A stretch of 64,000 nucleotides of DNA from Rhynchobatus australiae (lineage: Eukaryota): NCBI GenBank assembly GCA_034780895.1, contig JAUZTB010000098.1:87775663-87839662 (forward strand). The letters are read 5' to 3'. Under the pieces are notes generated by a model. That model was not told the DNA's origin. It saw nothing but the letters and a program-made list of their open reading frames with translations, and did not search any database. Of this stretch, positions 11,843 through 25,464 are shown one piece after another. Each line of letters begins with the position of its first letter. Position 1 is the first letter of the stretch. The position numbers were made by a program, and so were the translations under genes.

Positions 11843-14800
11843 TGTGGAAAGACGGTTGCATACTAGTAGGCGTTTAATACTATTATCTAATTTCTCTTGT
11901 TCTGATTTTAAATAGTGACAATCTTGTGCCGATAGGACCGTGTCCCGAGGTTGCTTTTTCTTAATTAAGCACTTTATAGTTATTTATGAGCAGTATCATG
12001 GGTGGTGTTGCTATTGCAGTACCTCTGGTCTTTGTCATGGAGTGAAGCTATCCCTACAATTTCTCAGTGGTTTTACCTTGAGACATAGGTTGTTATCCTC
12101 CAATTTTGGGCTCTCTCTCAAGCTCCTGATAGCAGTAGGGGCAAAAATGGAGAAGAAAATATCTGAAACAGGGCAATTCCCTTTTGAAATAAACAATCCA
12201 GTCACTCCTAATCAACAGGCCAGCACACTAAATTCTTGATGATACATGAGCAGCAGTAGATAAATGTGGTTACCATTCTGTCTCCTTTACAGCCATCTGC
12301 TAGGACTTCAAAATATTTTTAAACTCTGCATAACGCTCATTTCAAACTGGTACTTTGTTGGGTTATGTTTAATTTGGTTTATGAAGATATGTTTTAAATG
12401 TATTTGGAGTTCACAAAGTGTTCATGCAGTCTGCTGAATGTTTCCTGAAAACTTTTAATATTCTTTATTTTGATCAGCTGCTGTCCTGAAAGAGGCAAGG
12501 ATTCCTTCAGTGCATTTTTAGCTCCATGCCTGACATACAGCGCTCCAGCCTTCCAACATGTCTTTCACAGCCATTTATGTGCTGTACCCTTCCACTGTCT
12601 GACCTTGTGTGGAATGTAGATTGGAAAAGACAGATAACAGAGTGCGTTAGGACTCCCATTAGGAAATAGTTGATTTTGCCTTTACAGTTTGCATGTAGGT
12701 GTTATCTTGCTGTCAACAATATGACTAAATCTCCTGCCTTTAAGTATTNNNNNNNNNNNNNNNNNNNNNNNNNNNNNNNNNNNNNNNNNNNNNNNNNNNN
12801 NNNNNNNNNNNNNNNNNNNNNNNNNNNNGCCATCTGCTTGTTTATTTATTAAGAGTAGTTGTGACAATTCCATTTATTCTTAAGTGTTAAATGTTAGTAT
12901 CAGAACCAGATGCTCTAAACTGTACGTATTAAATATGGTGATTCATTATTCATTGTAAATTATTATCTCTCATTTGAAGTGTTAATCCTGTCACGTGGCA
13001 GGAAGGGAACAGTGCTAATTCAATAGTTGTCAGCTTCAAGGTCCAAAGGTAGTACTAGTGTTCTTTTAATGATTTGTTCAGACTAGGATTTTAAAATTCT
13101 TGGTCATTTGGAACAGCCAAACATGCATTGATTTTAATGTTCACAGTAAGGGCTTGAAATTGTGGGTCTGGAAGCAGTAAAGCTTTGAGGGGAAAGGGTG
13201 GTGGTAGAGGATGTGGGACTTGACAGCTCTCAACTATACAACATTGCTGGCTCAAGATCTCCAACCATTTGGAAGGGGAGACAATCCAGTGACTGTATAG
13301 ACGATGATGAACAGCCACAAATAAAAGTGCAACTCATGTGAGAATCTGAGTGTTTCTCGCCAGTTGAATATTCAATTTGTGCTGAAGCAGGAATAGGGTC
13401 TTCAGTTCATACATCCAGGTCTCTAATGAGCAGTTGGTTTTGTTTCCTGGTTTACATTGCATTTGGAGGACAAGTTCCTTTCCAGTTCACGAGAAATGGG
13501 ATCTATTTTCTTAGGGACTGGTTAGGTTACTTTTTCTTTTGCTCAATGGAATTGGTGTCAGAAGGACTGAGTGCTCGAGTTTATTTTTGTTTTCATGCCA
13601 GACATAAGCTGCTGTCTGTCAGTGCTTCTAAGAGCTGATTAGTTAAGCATTTTCAGTAATCGCCTATTAACGTGTGGGATACATAGATTGGCTGCACTGG
13701 AATTCATTCCTGTGTTGTTGAAGAGGGAGGGCAGGGGTCATTGCCATGGTGAAGACCACCAGATGGAACTCCTGGCAAACAAGGAAACTCCTGTGGTGAA
13801 CTGTTGAATGTAGAAACTGGGCTCACAAGNNNNNNNNNNNNNNNNNNNNNNNNNNNNNNNNNNNNNNNNNNNNNNNNNNNNNNNNNNNNNNNNNNNNNNN
13901 NNNNNNNNNNNNNNNNNNNNNNNNNNNNNGCTTTTTAACCCTGTACAACATCCTTATCTCACAGTGTGATCAGCATCTTATGAATTTAAAGCATTATCTG
14001 TTCCACAATTAATTGCAATACCTGTGCTTATTCACTTTGGGAAGGGTAGCAAAACAGGAGATTTAAACTTTTGAGTAGCTAGTAACAGGAAGTACAGAGG
14101 GATTTAGGAGTGCTAGTGGATAAGATGCCAAATGTTTACACACAGCTGGGAAGTCAAAGGGAATGCTGGCTTTTGTACTTCAGCCACCTTGTGGGGAAGA
14201 AGTGGAGTAATGCAGCCTCGCTGCAGTTGTTATGCAGAGTGTACACCTGGAATTGATGTGCAGTGTTTGGCCTCTACACCAAAGTTTGAACATATTTGTT
14301 TTCAAGCTGCTTTTTCTCCATTCCCTTACAATAAAATTTAAAATCAAACAATGCCTGGGTGTTCTATTGATCAACAAATCCCTCGTAATGTTCTGTTTTG
14401 TGGGACAGATTTGATTTGTGGGATGAGGGCTTTTCACTGAAGATGGAGTAATTTGATGGACTGTGGAATTGAGAATGAGACTATCTGAAAATTCTCAAAT
14501 TTTATGCAGTTTTTCATTACCTGCAAGTGCATGAAGGAAGATTCCCTCTGTGCTGCATGGCTTGGATCCTCTGGTCTGTTGTCAAAAGCTTCTTGAATTG
14601 CTCTACATTTTGTCTAGCTATTGCAACCTTGTGGCCCATTGCAAAAAGCAATATTGCTGAATCTGGGAAGTAGGAAGTCTTGTCGCTGTTTTGGCAACTC
14701 TCAGTATCTCTCCATGAACACCACCACGGTGGCAAATAACAAAACTGGTGTCATTCAGCAATCTGAGATCAAATTTCCTTTTGAGGTAGAGCAAATGGTG

Positions 14801-15234
14801 TTACAGATTTACTCAAACAGTATTGAGTGTAGAAAAGACCTTTCCTGTTAAAGGTTCGTGCATCATTGCTGCAAGCTATTTAACACCTGAATTTCATATA
14901 CATTAACACTATTTAATTAACTGACAACTGACTTCAGCAAAGGACAAAGTGTTATTAATTCCTGAATGATCCCAATAGTTGATTTTACAATGGTGTTGAT
15001 TTGATCATTACTTGTAACAAAGATATTTTTGGGACCAGTTGAATATCTTCATTTGTTGAAACCAGGATTGCTTTTTCTTCTCTGGCTTTTCATGAAGTCC
15101 TTAGATGTTGTAGTCAGTTTCTAAACTTGCAGTTGCTACTTCCAGTAGGACCATAAAGGAAAAGAAAAAATCCATCTTTGAGATCACATCCTAATTTTAA
15201 TTCTTTTATGAATATCAGCATAAAATAATATAAA

Positions 15235-15510
15235 TCCTCAATAGGGCAGCCAGCATTTGTGGAAATATTTCACATCACAATCCTTAATTGGAATGAATGA
15301 TCTTGGGTCTGAAATATTAACTGTATCTCTTTCCACAGATGCTGCCTGTTTTGAGTATTTCTAGCATNNNNNNNNNNNNNNNNNNNNNNNNNNNNNNNNN
15401 NNNNNNNNNNNNNNNNNNNNNNNNNNNNNNNNNNNNNNNNNNNNNNNNNNNNNNNNNNNNNNNNNNNCTGGTTTTGATTTCAGATTTCCAGCATCTGCAG
15501 TTTATTTTTC
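15235..15510. mobile_element. Old Penelope-terminus remnant
   Basis: gatgctgcctg..gagtatttctagcat and cagatttccagcatctgcag terminal motifs, with a short inverted arm upstream. Confidence 0.6.
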
Positions 15511-15689
15511 CTACCATGAGCTACGATTAGGTCTAACTACATACCAATGCTACAAGAGAATGGATGCAGAGAAAATACAAAATATCCATGCTAAAACACA
15601 ACAATCAGTCAAGAAATGGGCTTGAGGGGAATTGGGAGACTGGAATAAATTTGAATAAAACATCTTTCCAAGGAAGGATTTTTAAAGTG

Positions 15690-16120
15690 CTCTTTTGGTT
15701 CCTTGGCAGTGTGTCACAAGGATCAATTCTGGGGCTGTTTCTATATTCTGAATGTACCAATGATTTGGGTTTCAAGTGGTGGTGCTTAAATGATTCTAAT
15801 ATGGGAGAATTAATATATAAAGCTGCAAGGAAATATGGATAAGATTCTGGAGAGAACCCTGAGAAGATGGGGACTTCCGTGTCAGTGAAATGAGGTGATC
15901 TATTCTTTCCAAGAAATGTTGATGTTGTTTTGATAATGTGGAATCACAGAGAATCGGGGTATTCACAATCAACAAGTGGATAAACCTTTTGAGAAAGCAA
16001 ATGTAACACAGGAAATGTGTCAAAGCAAATGCTTATTAAGACCAAAGTCTTAGTACTTTGCACCTTTTAGACATAATGCTATAAGAAGGATATTAAGGCA
16101 ATGGCTTGTACAATGCCAAA
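15690..16120 (+). mobile_element. Highly decayed CR1 LINE RT-region fragment
   Basis: gtgtgtcacaaggatcaattctggggc resembles the GVPQGSVLGP motif; downstream CR1-like sequence. Confidence 0.5.
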
Positions 16121-16691
16121 GCACTTGAATATGAACAAGAAGAAAAGTCCCCAATTGAAACACAGGAGATAATGTGATAATTGAATAAGGCAGGTAAAAT
16201 TGTGGTGATGGGACTAAGACAAACAATGTTTGATTAATTGACGAACAAGAGAAACAAGTTCAAATGGAGGAAGTTCTCAGATCTAAAGGGTTCTAATGTA
16301 CTGTGAAGGTTAGACAGTGACTTTGATTTCAGTTTGTGTATCACAGCACTGAAGGGAAACTAATTCATACAAAGGCTGCTACTTTGTGTGAATACATCCT
16401 GTTTTTATATTACTTTAGACATACAAAGTATCATCTATCTCTCCAGTTTGGGATAGTTGCAGTGAATTGTGCTCTTGGATTGCAGGGAAGCAAAGCTTTC
16501 CATTTGCCACCTACTCCAGAAGTGTAGTCAGTGCTGATCCCCAAGAAAATAATCTTTAATTCTTTACAGCCCATGTACTTGTCAGTATTATTGATTAAAT
16601 AAAACCTAACCACCAACAGACCCCTGCAGGTTAATGTCTGTGCCTGTATTTGAAGTCTAATCTATAACTTTAAAAGGATGAGGTAGTAAAA

Positions 16692-17143
16692 GAGCAAGAG
16701 CAGAGAGGTTCACCAGGATATTGCCTGGAATGGAGGGATGTAGTTATAAGAGGCTGAATTTATTCTTGTTGGAATGTAGGAGGCTTGAGGGGTGACCTTA
16801 TCATGGTTTATAATATTGAGGTGCATGATTAAGATGGACAGAATCTTTTTCCCAGAGTAAGGTAGTTCAGAACTAGAAAACACAGGTTTAAGGTGAGAGG
16901 GGAAATATCTGAAGGTTAAAGTTTTCCCACACAGAGGTTAGTGAATATCTGGAAAGAGATGTCAGAGGAACTGGTGGAGGCAGATACAATTAGTGTTTAA
17001 AGGGAGAGTTTGGACAAGTACCTCCATAGGAAAAGAATAGAGAGATGCAGGCAAATGGGATCAGAGCAGATCGGCACCATGGTTGGCCTGGACAAGATGG
17101 GCTGAAAGAACCAGTTTCTGTGCTATACGTTTCTCTGATCCTA
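16692..17143 (+). mobile_element. CR1 LINE 3' fragment
   Basis: QRRFTRMLPG..RRLRGDLI..YK..RTRGH-like decayed coding followed by the CR1 3' tail atgggctgaaagaaccagtttctgtgctata. Confidence 0.85.
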
Positions 17144-17419
17144 AAATTTCAAGTTTTGTATATTCTGAGTTTTAAAAACATTTTTACACTGTTAACTCTT
17201 TTAATGTAAATGTTCAGTGTAAGCTAGTGCCCAATGTGCTACATAATAACATGGATGAGAATAAGTGGGTGTTTTCTCCCTTGTTTATAATTTTCCTTGA
17301 GACTTAAGCTCTTTTGGGGTGCTAATAACCAGTAAGCAACATGCTGTGCATAACTGTTCATGGGTTCTACAAGGCAATGCTATATTACCACTGGAGAACT
17401 GTTGCAAATATGTTATTTC

Positions 17420-17514
17420 CTTGCTTTTCTCCACGGATGCTGCCTGGCCTGCTGAGTTCCTCCAGCATCAGAGTGTTTTTCATCTAGAATGTATCTGCAG
17501 TTCCTTTGTTTCTC
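17420..17514 (+). mobile_element. Penelope 3' terminus fragment (same subfamily as 1672 and 62455)
   Basis: tgcttttctccacggatgctgcctggcctgctgagttcctccagcatc..ctttgtttctc is nearly identical to 1789-1880. Confidence 0.85.
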
Positions 17515-17534
17515 TTGCTGTTTGCCATCCTTTT

Positions 17535-18186
17535 TTTTAACAAAATAAACTTTATTCATAATAAAAGAAACTATATACAATAATAAAACAGATCAAACCT
17601 TTACATTCGTTTATAGTTCTGTTCTTAGTGTTACTTCTTATATATAAAGACACAGCACCGATGCCACTCGTGTGGCTCCCTAGGGGGGGATATCCCAATC
17701 CCGTATTTATGATATTGGAGGGGCTTCCTCACCTGACCCCACCCCTCCCTCTCCTGTGGCAGAAGAACCCTAGACTGTCGTCTTTCATCACCGAGCCCTT
17801 GCGTTGGCTGCACCCAGCTTCACGTACTCCTGCAGCCTGGAATGTGCCAGTTGGCAGCATTCCCCTACGGACATCTCACAGTGCTGGGAGACCAGCAATT
17901 TTCGGGCAGACCAAAGGGCGTCTATCACTGAGTGGATGACCTTCCAGCAGCAGAGCAGTCAGTCTCTGTGTGCATCCCCAGGAACAGCCCGTAGATCAGA
18001 GAATCCTTTGTTATGCAGCTGCTGGGGATGAATCGGGACAAAGACCCCTGCATCTTTCGNNNNNNNNNNNNNNNNNNNNNNNNNNNNNNNNNNNNNNNNN
18101 NNNNNNNNNNNNNNNNNNNNNNNNNNNNNNNNNNNNNNNNNNNNNNNNNNNNNNNNNNNAAAGACCCCTGCATCTTTCGCCACACC
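17535..18186 (-). mobile_element. 5'-truncated Tx1/L1-clade LINE with poly(A) tail and 15-bp TSD
   Basis: Minus-strand ORF end DALWSARKLLVSQHCEMSVGECCQLAHSRLQEYVKLGAANARA, then AATAAA (tttatt at 17551) and an A-tail. TSD gtttgccatcctttt at 17520-17534 and 18187-18201. Confidence 0.8.
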
Positions 18187-20799
18187 GTTTGCCATCCTTT
18201 TGCCTCAAGTGCAAGAGGGATGTTGGCAAAGTATAACAAAATAGGTTGTGCAAACATAGACTCCTGGGAGAGCTAATCCACACACTTAGGTGACCATGCT
18301 GTGCTTTAGATGATAGGGCTTTTCTAAGATGTAATTAAAAATGTTGAGTGAACTGTGCTAAAGATCTCTTTTGTTTTAAAAAAATGGATGTCACAATACT
18401 TTTAATGCAACAATTACCATACTTTGCATGAATTATGAAGTTAACAAAACAAAGCTGAAGAGGAGATGGGGAAAATTAAAATGTTGTCCTGAAGAGTGAT
18501 TGACCTATGGTATGGGATTGGGAAGAACAGTGTGGAAACTAATTTCTGAGGAGTACTCCAAGAAGTGGATTTTTGGGAAAATGTGTTTGTAGCACATGGA
18601 TACAAGGAACAAATTAGTGCTGTGTCCCTTCAGTTGAGGGGAAGGGGGGAAACAGTTTGTTTCACAATTAACAGTGTTTCCTGAGGTTCCACCTCTTGAA
18701 GGTGTGGACAGAAAGATGTGATTGATACATTGCTGTACAAACATGAGCAGAACAAGTAATTTTGCTTTTGGTATTGAAGTGCTTATTGGATACCTTTTAT
18801 TTTTGTATGTACTCTGCTGTCCTTTTCAGATACCTTGTTCCTTTAGAGCTACCTATGTAAAGGTTGCACTTGGATGGCCTTTTCCTTCTACATTTTCATG
18901 TAAAATTGTTGCTATAGCAAAAGCTTTAGTTATTAGCAAAGTTGTGTAAACATTCTTGCCTCCCTCTTGCAATGATAAAAGATATGTAATACTGCCCAAT
19001 GTACAAGGAGTACTGCAGAATTATGGGATCCTAGCATAATTATAGGCTTGGTAGTACAAAGACAGGAGCACATTGTTCCTTCTGGGGTGAAATTGAGAAG
19101 CATAGATAGCTGGAAGTGATTGTAGACCTGGGGCCTAATTGAGAGGTTTGGAGATAAACTGGTTCCACTTCAGTAGTTTATCTCTGAACTCTTGAGATCG
19201 GATTACACCCATTGATCTTTAGGCTCTGCATCTGATCCAATGACTGCAAGCCAGTAATTTGCTGCTGCAATATGTACCGTTCCATGGCCCTCCAGCCTGC
19301 TAAACTTTGCAGGGCTGACCCTGAGGCAGAGTTGGTGTTGATCAGAAAGCGGGCAGGTGTTGATGTGACTGACCCTGTGCTCGCAGTGATGACATCNNNN
19401 NNNNNNNNNNNNNNNNNNNNNNNNNNNNNNNNNNNNNNNNNNNNNNNNNNNNNNNNNNNNNNNNNNNNNNNNNNNNNNNNNNNNNNNNNNNNNNNNNNNN
19501 NNNNNNNNNNNNNNNNNNNNNNNNNNNNCATTTTAATTATCTGGAAGGAAGGAGTATGAATAATTTAGCAAAAAATTTAATATAACTTTTGGACCATTTT
19601 GCCTTTTTATTTGTACAACAAGGTAGAGTTATTTCAGGCAAACAGTTACATTAACAATATTAAGCAAATTCACCCAACATAACCCCCAGCACAGGAATCT
19701 TGACTAGGGAAAGGTCGGAGTTTCACCCGGCTCAACCAGTTGTGCCAAAATCTCAGCTGACCTGGATCTTTTGCAGGCTTAGGCGATTCTTTCTTTCTGC
19801 CAACAGTGCAGCAGGTGGCCAGCTCAGTGATCAGTAGGCCACTCGGCCAATTCAGCTAATCTCTATCTGGACATTGGAGTCAATTGCTCTTTGTTCCCAT
19901 TATTGCTGATCTGAGAGATGGACGGTCAGGCTCATTGTGCGTTTAAATTAATATACATTTGCAGTTCTAGCAGGTAAGTGGAATCTAATTCCATCCTTGA
20001 GTTATTGTGCACAGATGAGAAAATTATTATTCTGGGAGAGCTTTACTCCAAAATAATCATAAGTGGAATAATGTCATTCTAGCAGACTAAATAAATTGGC
20101 TGTTGAAGAATAGGATTTTATGTTTGTGCAGAAGGTTCATGTGAGGTTCGTATGACTAACCACCAAAAAAGTGCAATTGTATTTATAGAAGGAATTCACT
20201 TTTTTATTCTGTGGCATGAATGAAGTTACTGATTGTCTGAGGTCTTTGCCTGTTCGAGTAAGTACGCCAACACTGTTCAGTTGTTTGCACTGGATAGAAG
20301 TAGATATTGGAAATCTGAGAATAAGCTTCTTTCCTGAGGGCATTGACTAGCCTCTTGATGTACTCTGGTATCCAAACCAAGTGACTATTTTGACTTAACT
20401 TAAAAACAGAGCACTGAGTCAGAATGTTTGTTGCAATTTTTGATTTTTTTTAAAAATTTCAGATTTTTGGCATCTGCGGTTGTTTGATTCTCAATCAACC
20501 GTGTTTACACGTCATCCTACCACCCATAACTGTGTAACAATGCTCCCATGTTTTGCTTAGCATTTAGATGGCAACCGTGAACCATGTGTAACCAGCTGAA
20601 GGGAACTCTCCCTCTGTCTCTAGCTGCAGGTTGTATCAAATAAAATGGGCTGGCATTTCAGAACTGTCGACAAGGATATCCCAATGTAGGGAGTAATATT
20701 GTGTGTTTGGCATCGGGTATTGAACTTTTCCATGACGTCCAGTTTGGATTGGTTCTGTGAATGAATAGCTGGTGGAAGGACTGGCCTTTGTGAGCAGGA

Positions 20800-21215
20800 C
20801 ACAACAAAATAGGAGCAGGAATGGGCCACCTTGCCCCTTTAGCCTGCCTTGCCATTCATTATGATCATGGCAGATCCAGCCCATGCTGCTTTGACTTCTC
20901 TCTGCAAGATCTTCATAGCTCTCAATCCTCTGACCCTTCAAAAATGTAGATACCTCCACTTTAAATAGCTATGATCTATCCTCCACAGCTCTCTGGGGTA
21001 GAGAATTTCCAGAAATGTGCTACCCAACTGCGAGAAGAAATTTCTACATGCCTCAGTTTTAAATGACCAACCCTTGGAACTATGTCCCCTCTTACAAGAT
21101 TCTCCTACTAGTGAAAACATCTTGCTGGCTACTTTGTCAAATACCCCCTCAGGATCTGGTTTTGATAAGTTCACCCTCATTCTTCTGAACCCCAAAGAAT
21201 GCAGACCTAACCCAT
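20800..21215 (-). mobile_element. CR1 LINE 3' fragment
   Basis: Minus-strand FSLVGESCKRGHSSKGWSFKTEACRNFFSQ (CR1 ORF2 C-terminus) and tail ggcccattcctgctcctatt. Confidence 0.85.
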
Positions 21216-21681
21216 TATCATTACATTAAAGCAGAAAATGTTGGGAAAACTCAGCAGTTCAGGCAGCATTTGTACAAAGACAAATTATTAATGTTTCTGG
21301 TCTGAGACCCTTTACAGAAGAGAGAAACAAATTAGTCTAGGGTTAGAATTTCTCTGGAGTGAAATCTTTGTTCCACCATTGCCCTCCACCCTCAATCAGN
21401 NNNNNNNNNNNNNNNNNNNNNNNNNNNNNNNNNNNNNNNNNNNNNNNNNNNNNNNNNNNNNNNNNNNNNNNNNNNNNNNNNNNNNNNNNNNNNNNNNNNN
21501 NNNNNNNNTCTGTTTTGTTTGGTGTTTTCAGTGTCCACAGTTTTTATTTTCATTTACGGTTGTCATCGCGCCACTTGATTGTTCTGGGGCTAAATAGCAG
21601 GTTACTTGAGATTCTGCATTTAATGTTGCCTGCAGTTCTTCCTTTCCATACATTTTTATCCTAATTATTCTTTGTTTGCAG

Positions 21682-21746
21682 GAGGGGAAAGAAACACAGC
21701 ATGATCCTGCGCACACAGCTCTCAGTTAGAGTTCACGCCTGTATTG
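21682..21746 (+). CDS. FHOD3: FHOD3 internal coding exon (equivalent to human exon 3)
   Basis: ttctttgtttgcag acceptor and G|gtaagt donor (GT 21747). 65 nt. Joins the previous exon in frame (GG+G) to give (G)[21 protein letters not shown], matching recalled FHOD3 [21 protein letters not shown] and distinct from FHOD1 ([20 protein letters not shown]). Confidence 0.95.
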
Positions 21747-24700
21747 GTAAGTCCCCCTCTTTTCTGGTAATCTGGTGAGTGGATTTCTGGCTAGAATGTT
21801 ATGACTACAGTCACTGTGTCAGTGGAATGCATCAAGTGGGGTTGACATAAAGTCTAATGTTTATTGGTGGAATCGTACTGGTACCTCTGGTCATGCTTCT
21901 CATTGACTGCGCAGTTGGGAGGAATTGCACTATTTGTGTTGGAGTTCTAGTCAAAGGAAAGAGTTGAATAGCTATTTTTGGGTAAATTTTCTATTTATCA
22001 TGAACTGCGAATGCTTGTATGACTTGGCACAAATTCTTCTCATGTAGAACATTGAAAACAAGTGCTGGCAAGTATATCTTGTAATGATTAGTCTGTTACT
22101 ACTGGGAGCATGGAGTGAGTGCAATAATGTTGCTCTGGCTAGATCTGATGGCACTTTAGAATGCAGTCATCAGTACTGCTTACTCTTAATACCATCCCCT
22201 TCTGCTATGCTAGGTTTATAACTTTCCCTATTTGTATTGTATTTGCATACTCCACCAGCCATATAGAGCTAACTGTAGATCTTCAGGTAATGTTTTCGAT
22301 GTACTATTGACTTCAGAAACTCTGTTTAATGCAAACATTACAAAGCCATGTGAAAAGGAGTATGTTAATGCAGCTACAGTGACAGCACTGGGGTTCTGCT
22401 TCACTTTCCAGAGCTTTTGATTGGGCATCTTTGATACCAGATGGATCAAAGTGGCAGGAAACTATCAGAGATCTACGTTTAGGATAAAAGAGTAACATTT
22501 AAGGAAATGAAAAGTGAAGAAAGTTGTGAAATTGTAACCCCCTTCAGAAGAAGGTTAAGTGAGAATCTCCTTGAAGTGTATATGAAACCTAAATGATAAA
22601 ATTTGGATAAATTTGACGTCTTTAGGATCTGCAAGAAATAAACTTTGGGTCAAGTTAAGAGTAAATGTTGGAGCCAATTCAATCAAAAGTGATTTATACT
22701 GTCATGTGATGCAAGATTAAGTGCTGAACGACTGGTCAGTTTTTGGGGTTTGTTTCCTTGATAATGTGAGGATGGTATCTGTATTTGATGCTGATAGGTG
22801 TAACTATGACAGTTTGTCTTGCAAAGGAAAAACATATAAATGGTCTGGTAGGAAAGAAAACTTCAAGATGCAGCATGGTTAATGCACTTTATAGGGGCCA
22901 TGATAGCATTTGTAAGAGTATAAAGTGTTTGTTTACCCAACCACGCAGCTTGTATTTGATGCTAACTTTACATGGGAGAAATTGGCCTTACTGCTTAGCC
23001 TTGAGCGATAGTTCCTTTTTGCTTCAATGAAGGTAACCAGCTGCCCATGGCCCCAGGCTATTTCTGAAATTTGGGGTTTACCTTTTTATGTTGCGGTTAA
23101 ATGAACTGGTGATCTCATTTTGTTTTTATCCAGTTTGCCTAGAAATTTAACTTTTTAAAGTTAAACTTTTTGACTTTTTTGAGATGCAGCTCCTGGTCCA
23201 TATTTGCACAGCACCAGCTCGGTATTTACTTGAGCGCATAAACCTGCCAGGCTTTGTGGCTTAGTAATGAGTCAAGACCATTCTTAAAATGCGGATGTGA
23301 TTTACATAATGAACGTTTTGGGAATTTGCAGACATGAGCATGAAAAACTGTGCCCATGAGGCAAAGGTGCCTCATTCTGTAGAGCATAACTTTTTTGTTC
23401 CGTAGTTGGTTGAATTTCATGTACTCATTGGGAATTTCTCTATTTTGTGCCTTGCCAAAGAGAACCCTCCTGTTGCATCCCATTATTATCATGCAGGAAA
23501 TTTCAGGGGAGTTATACCTATAAATTTTTGTTCAAGGACTCTGTTTTGGCTTAAAGTTTAAAAAATTGGCTTGACTGAAGGCTAATTTGAATTGCAAAGT
23601 TATAAGTAATGTTTTCTTTTTCAGACTTGCTGATGGAGCAGTGTTTTACATCAGTGAGCTTGATTAACATCTGTCCAGGTTTTCAAGCTTCAATTCCCTG
23701 ATTTAAATTTCCATTTATACTATACTACCTCAAGCTTGCAATGGAAGAAGCTTTGTGAGTGTAGTGAGAAATTGCAACTGGCTGGGGTGTGGAGTTCAGG
23801 ATCAGGTAACTAGTAACTACAGCTCCTTGATTTGCACAAATTAGAGCTGACATCTAACAGCAGTGTGTGTATTGAGGTGCCAGATCTTGTTGTACGATAT
23901 TGATACATCGTCTTGGGGATGGTTGACTGCTATAAGTCCTTTAAAACAAATATGTAATGGTGGTTGAAGAGGTTACATTCTCATTTGAAAGTCACGGTTG
24001 TTGGTTGAGGAAAGGCCCTTATGAATTGTTCTTTCAAGGCTACTTGAAGTGGTGAGTAAAGCATAGGATGAATTTTGTATACAGTATTAAATTAGCCCAA
24101 AGCTTGGTAAGGAAGCCGGAAATAACTTTGTGGTAAATTTGAAATGCTACATTTTCCTTTTTCTCCTCGACCCTTTCAATTTCTTTGTTTTATTCCAGAG
24201 TCAAAAAACTTAAAAGTATGCTCTGCTCTCTAGAGTCATCTTCCGTTGCTGAACACTAGTACTGAACAAGGACTGTCATAAACAGCTGCCTTTTCACTCT
24301 CAATGCAGTCAGGCTTAATGACACAGCTTGTGAAAGGGAATTGCAGGTTTCCACCAGAACGGGCACCTGCATGTCACTGTTTCTAAACACTGGAATTATA
24401 AAGACTGGCTTGTAGTCAGTGTCACTTGTGCTAGTCTATCCAAGCTGTAACTTCTAATTCTGCCAGTCAGATTCATCATGTTATTTGATCAGCAGAGCTG
24501 CATGTAGTTGCCCTGAGCAACTTGCACCTGTTAGAAATTATTAATCTGATGTAATAAAGAATTGTTTTGGCAGATGAAAATGTTGCTGTTCTTCCTCCAT
24601 CAAATGAAGGAAAGAATTCTGTTGGAGAGGTTAAAAGCTATGCCATCTGCTTCTATGAATGAAGTAAAAGAAGCCATTGCTATTTTTTTTGACCATGAAG

Positions 24701-25464
24701 AGTTGTGGATTTTAATGGAAATGAATCTCCCTTCTAACAGCCCTGCTTCTCCAATGGCCTGTCACAGAGAAATTAGAAATGGGTTAACTCTTCAATTATT
24801 TAGTAGCTGAGGATAAACATTCAATGGACAAAACATTTTGTTGATATCTGGGTATTGAGGAGGGTGTAAAGGTTAATCCTTAATATTTTCTCAAGTCCGA
24901 TCAGGATTGTGGTTTGGGAGGTCCAGGGCAAAATTGAAATGAAAAAAATTCAAGATTGCTCTTTGGAAATATCCTCTCTGGATTTATTCAGGGCAGTGGA
25001 TTGGGAGAATGACTTGAGGGCAGTGCTATCTATAATAGAAATTCTGGGTTTCTATGGAAGGATAAACTGGATGCCTCTGCAGAGAAAGAGAGAGGGAGAT
25101 GAAGTCACTCAAAGAAATTAAACACATGATATTTAAGAAATAAACATGCCCTCCTAGTTGCAGGTGGCTGCATAAAATATATTGGGTTTGAGTTTAGTTA
25201 AGAATATTGTGGTTCTTGCTATAACTGGCTTCTATGTTCCTTGAGTTGGTGTGTCTATCAGAGTTCTAGTCAGTAGAATGTCTTGTATGTCAAGGTGAAG
25301 TGATATCTAAGGTCCTGCTTAATTTCTAGAGCAACATTTCAGTGTAAGAGTATTACTTGAATTTTCACAGTCAAACAATATTTAAATCATCAGCATTGAT
25401 TAGGACATGCCCAATGGCACCTCAAAAGGACTAACTGATTTAAATTAATTTAAGATGAAGTTTA

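Larger units (their letters stand above)
5315..21681 (+). other. FHOD3: FHOD3 intron (phase 2, GT-AG, 16,367 bp as assembled)
   Basis: Bounded by the donor and acceptor of the two in-frame exons. Confidence 0.9.
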
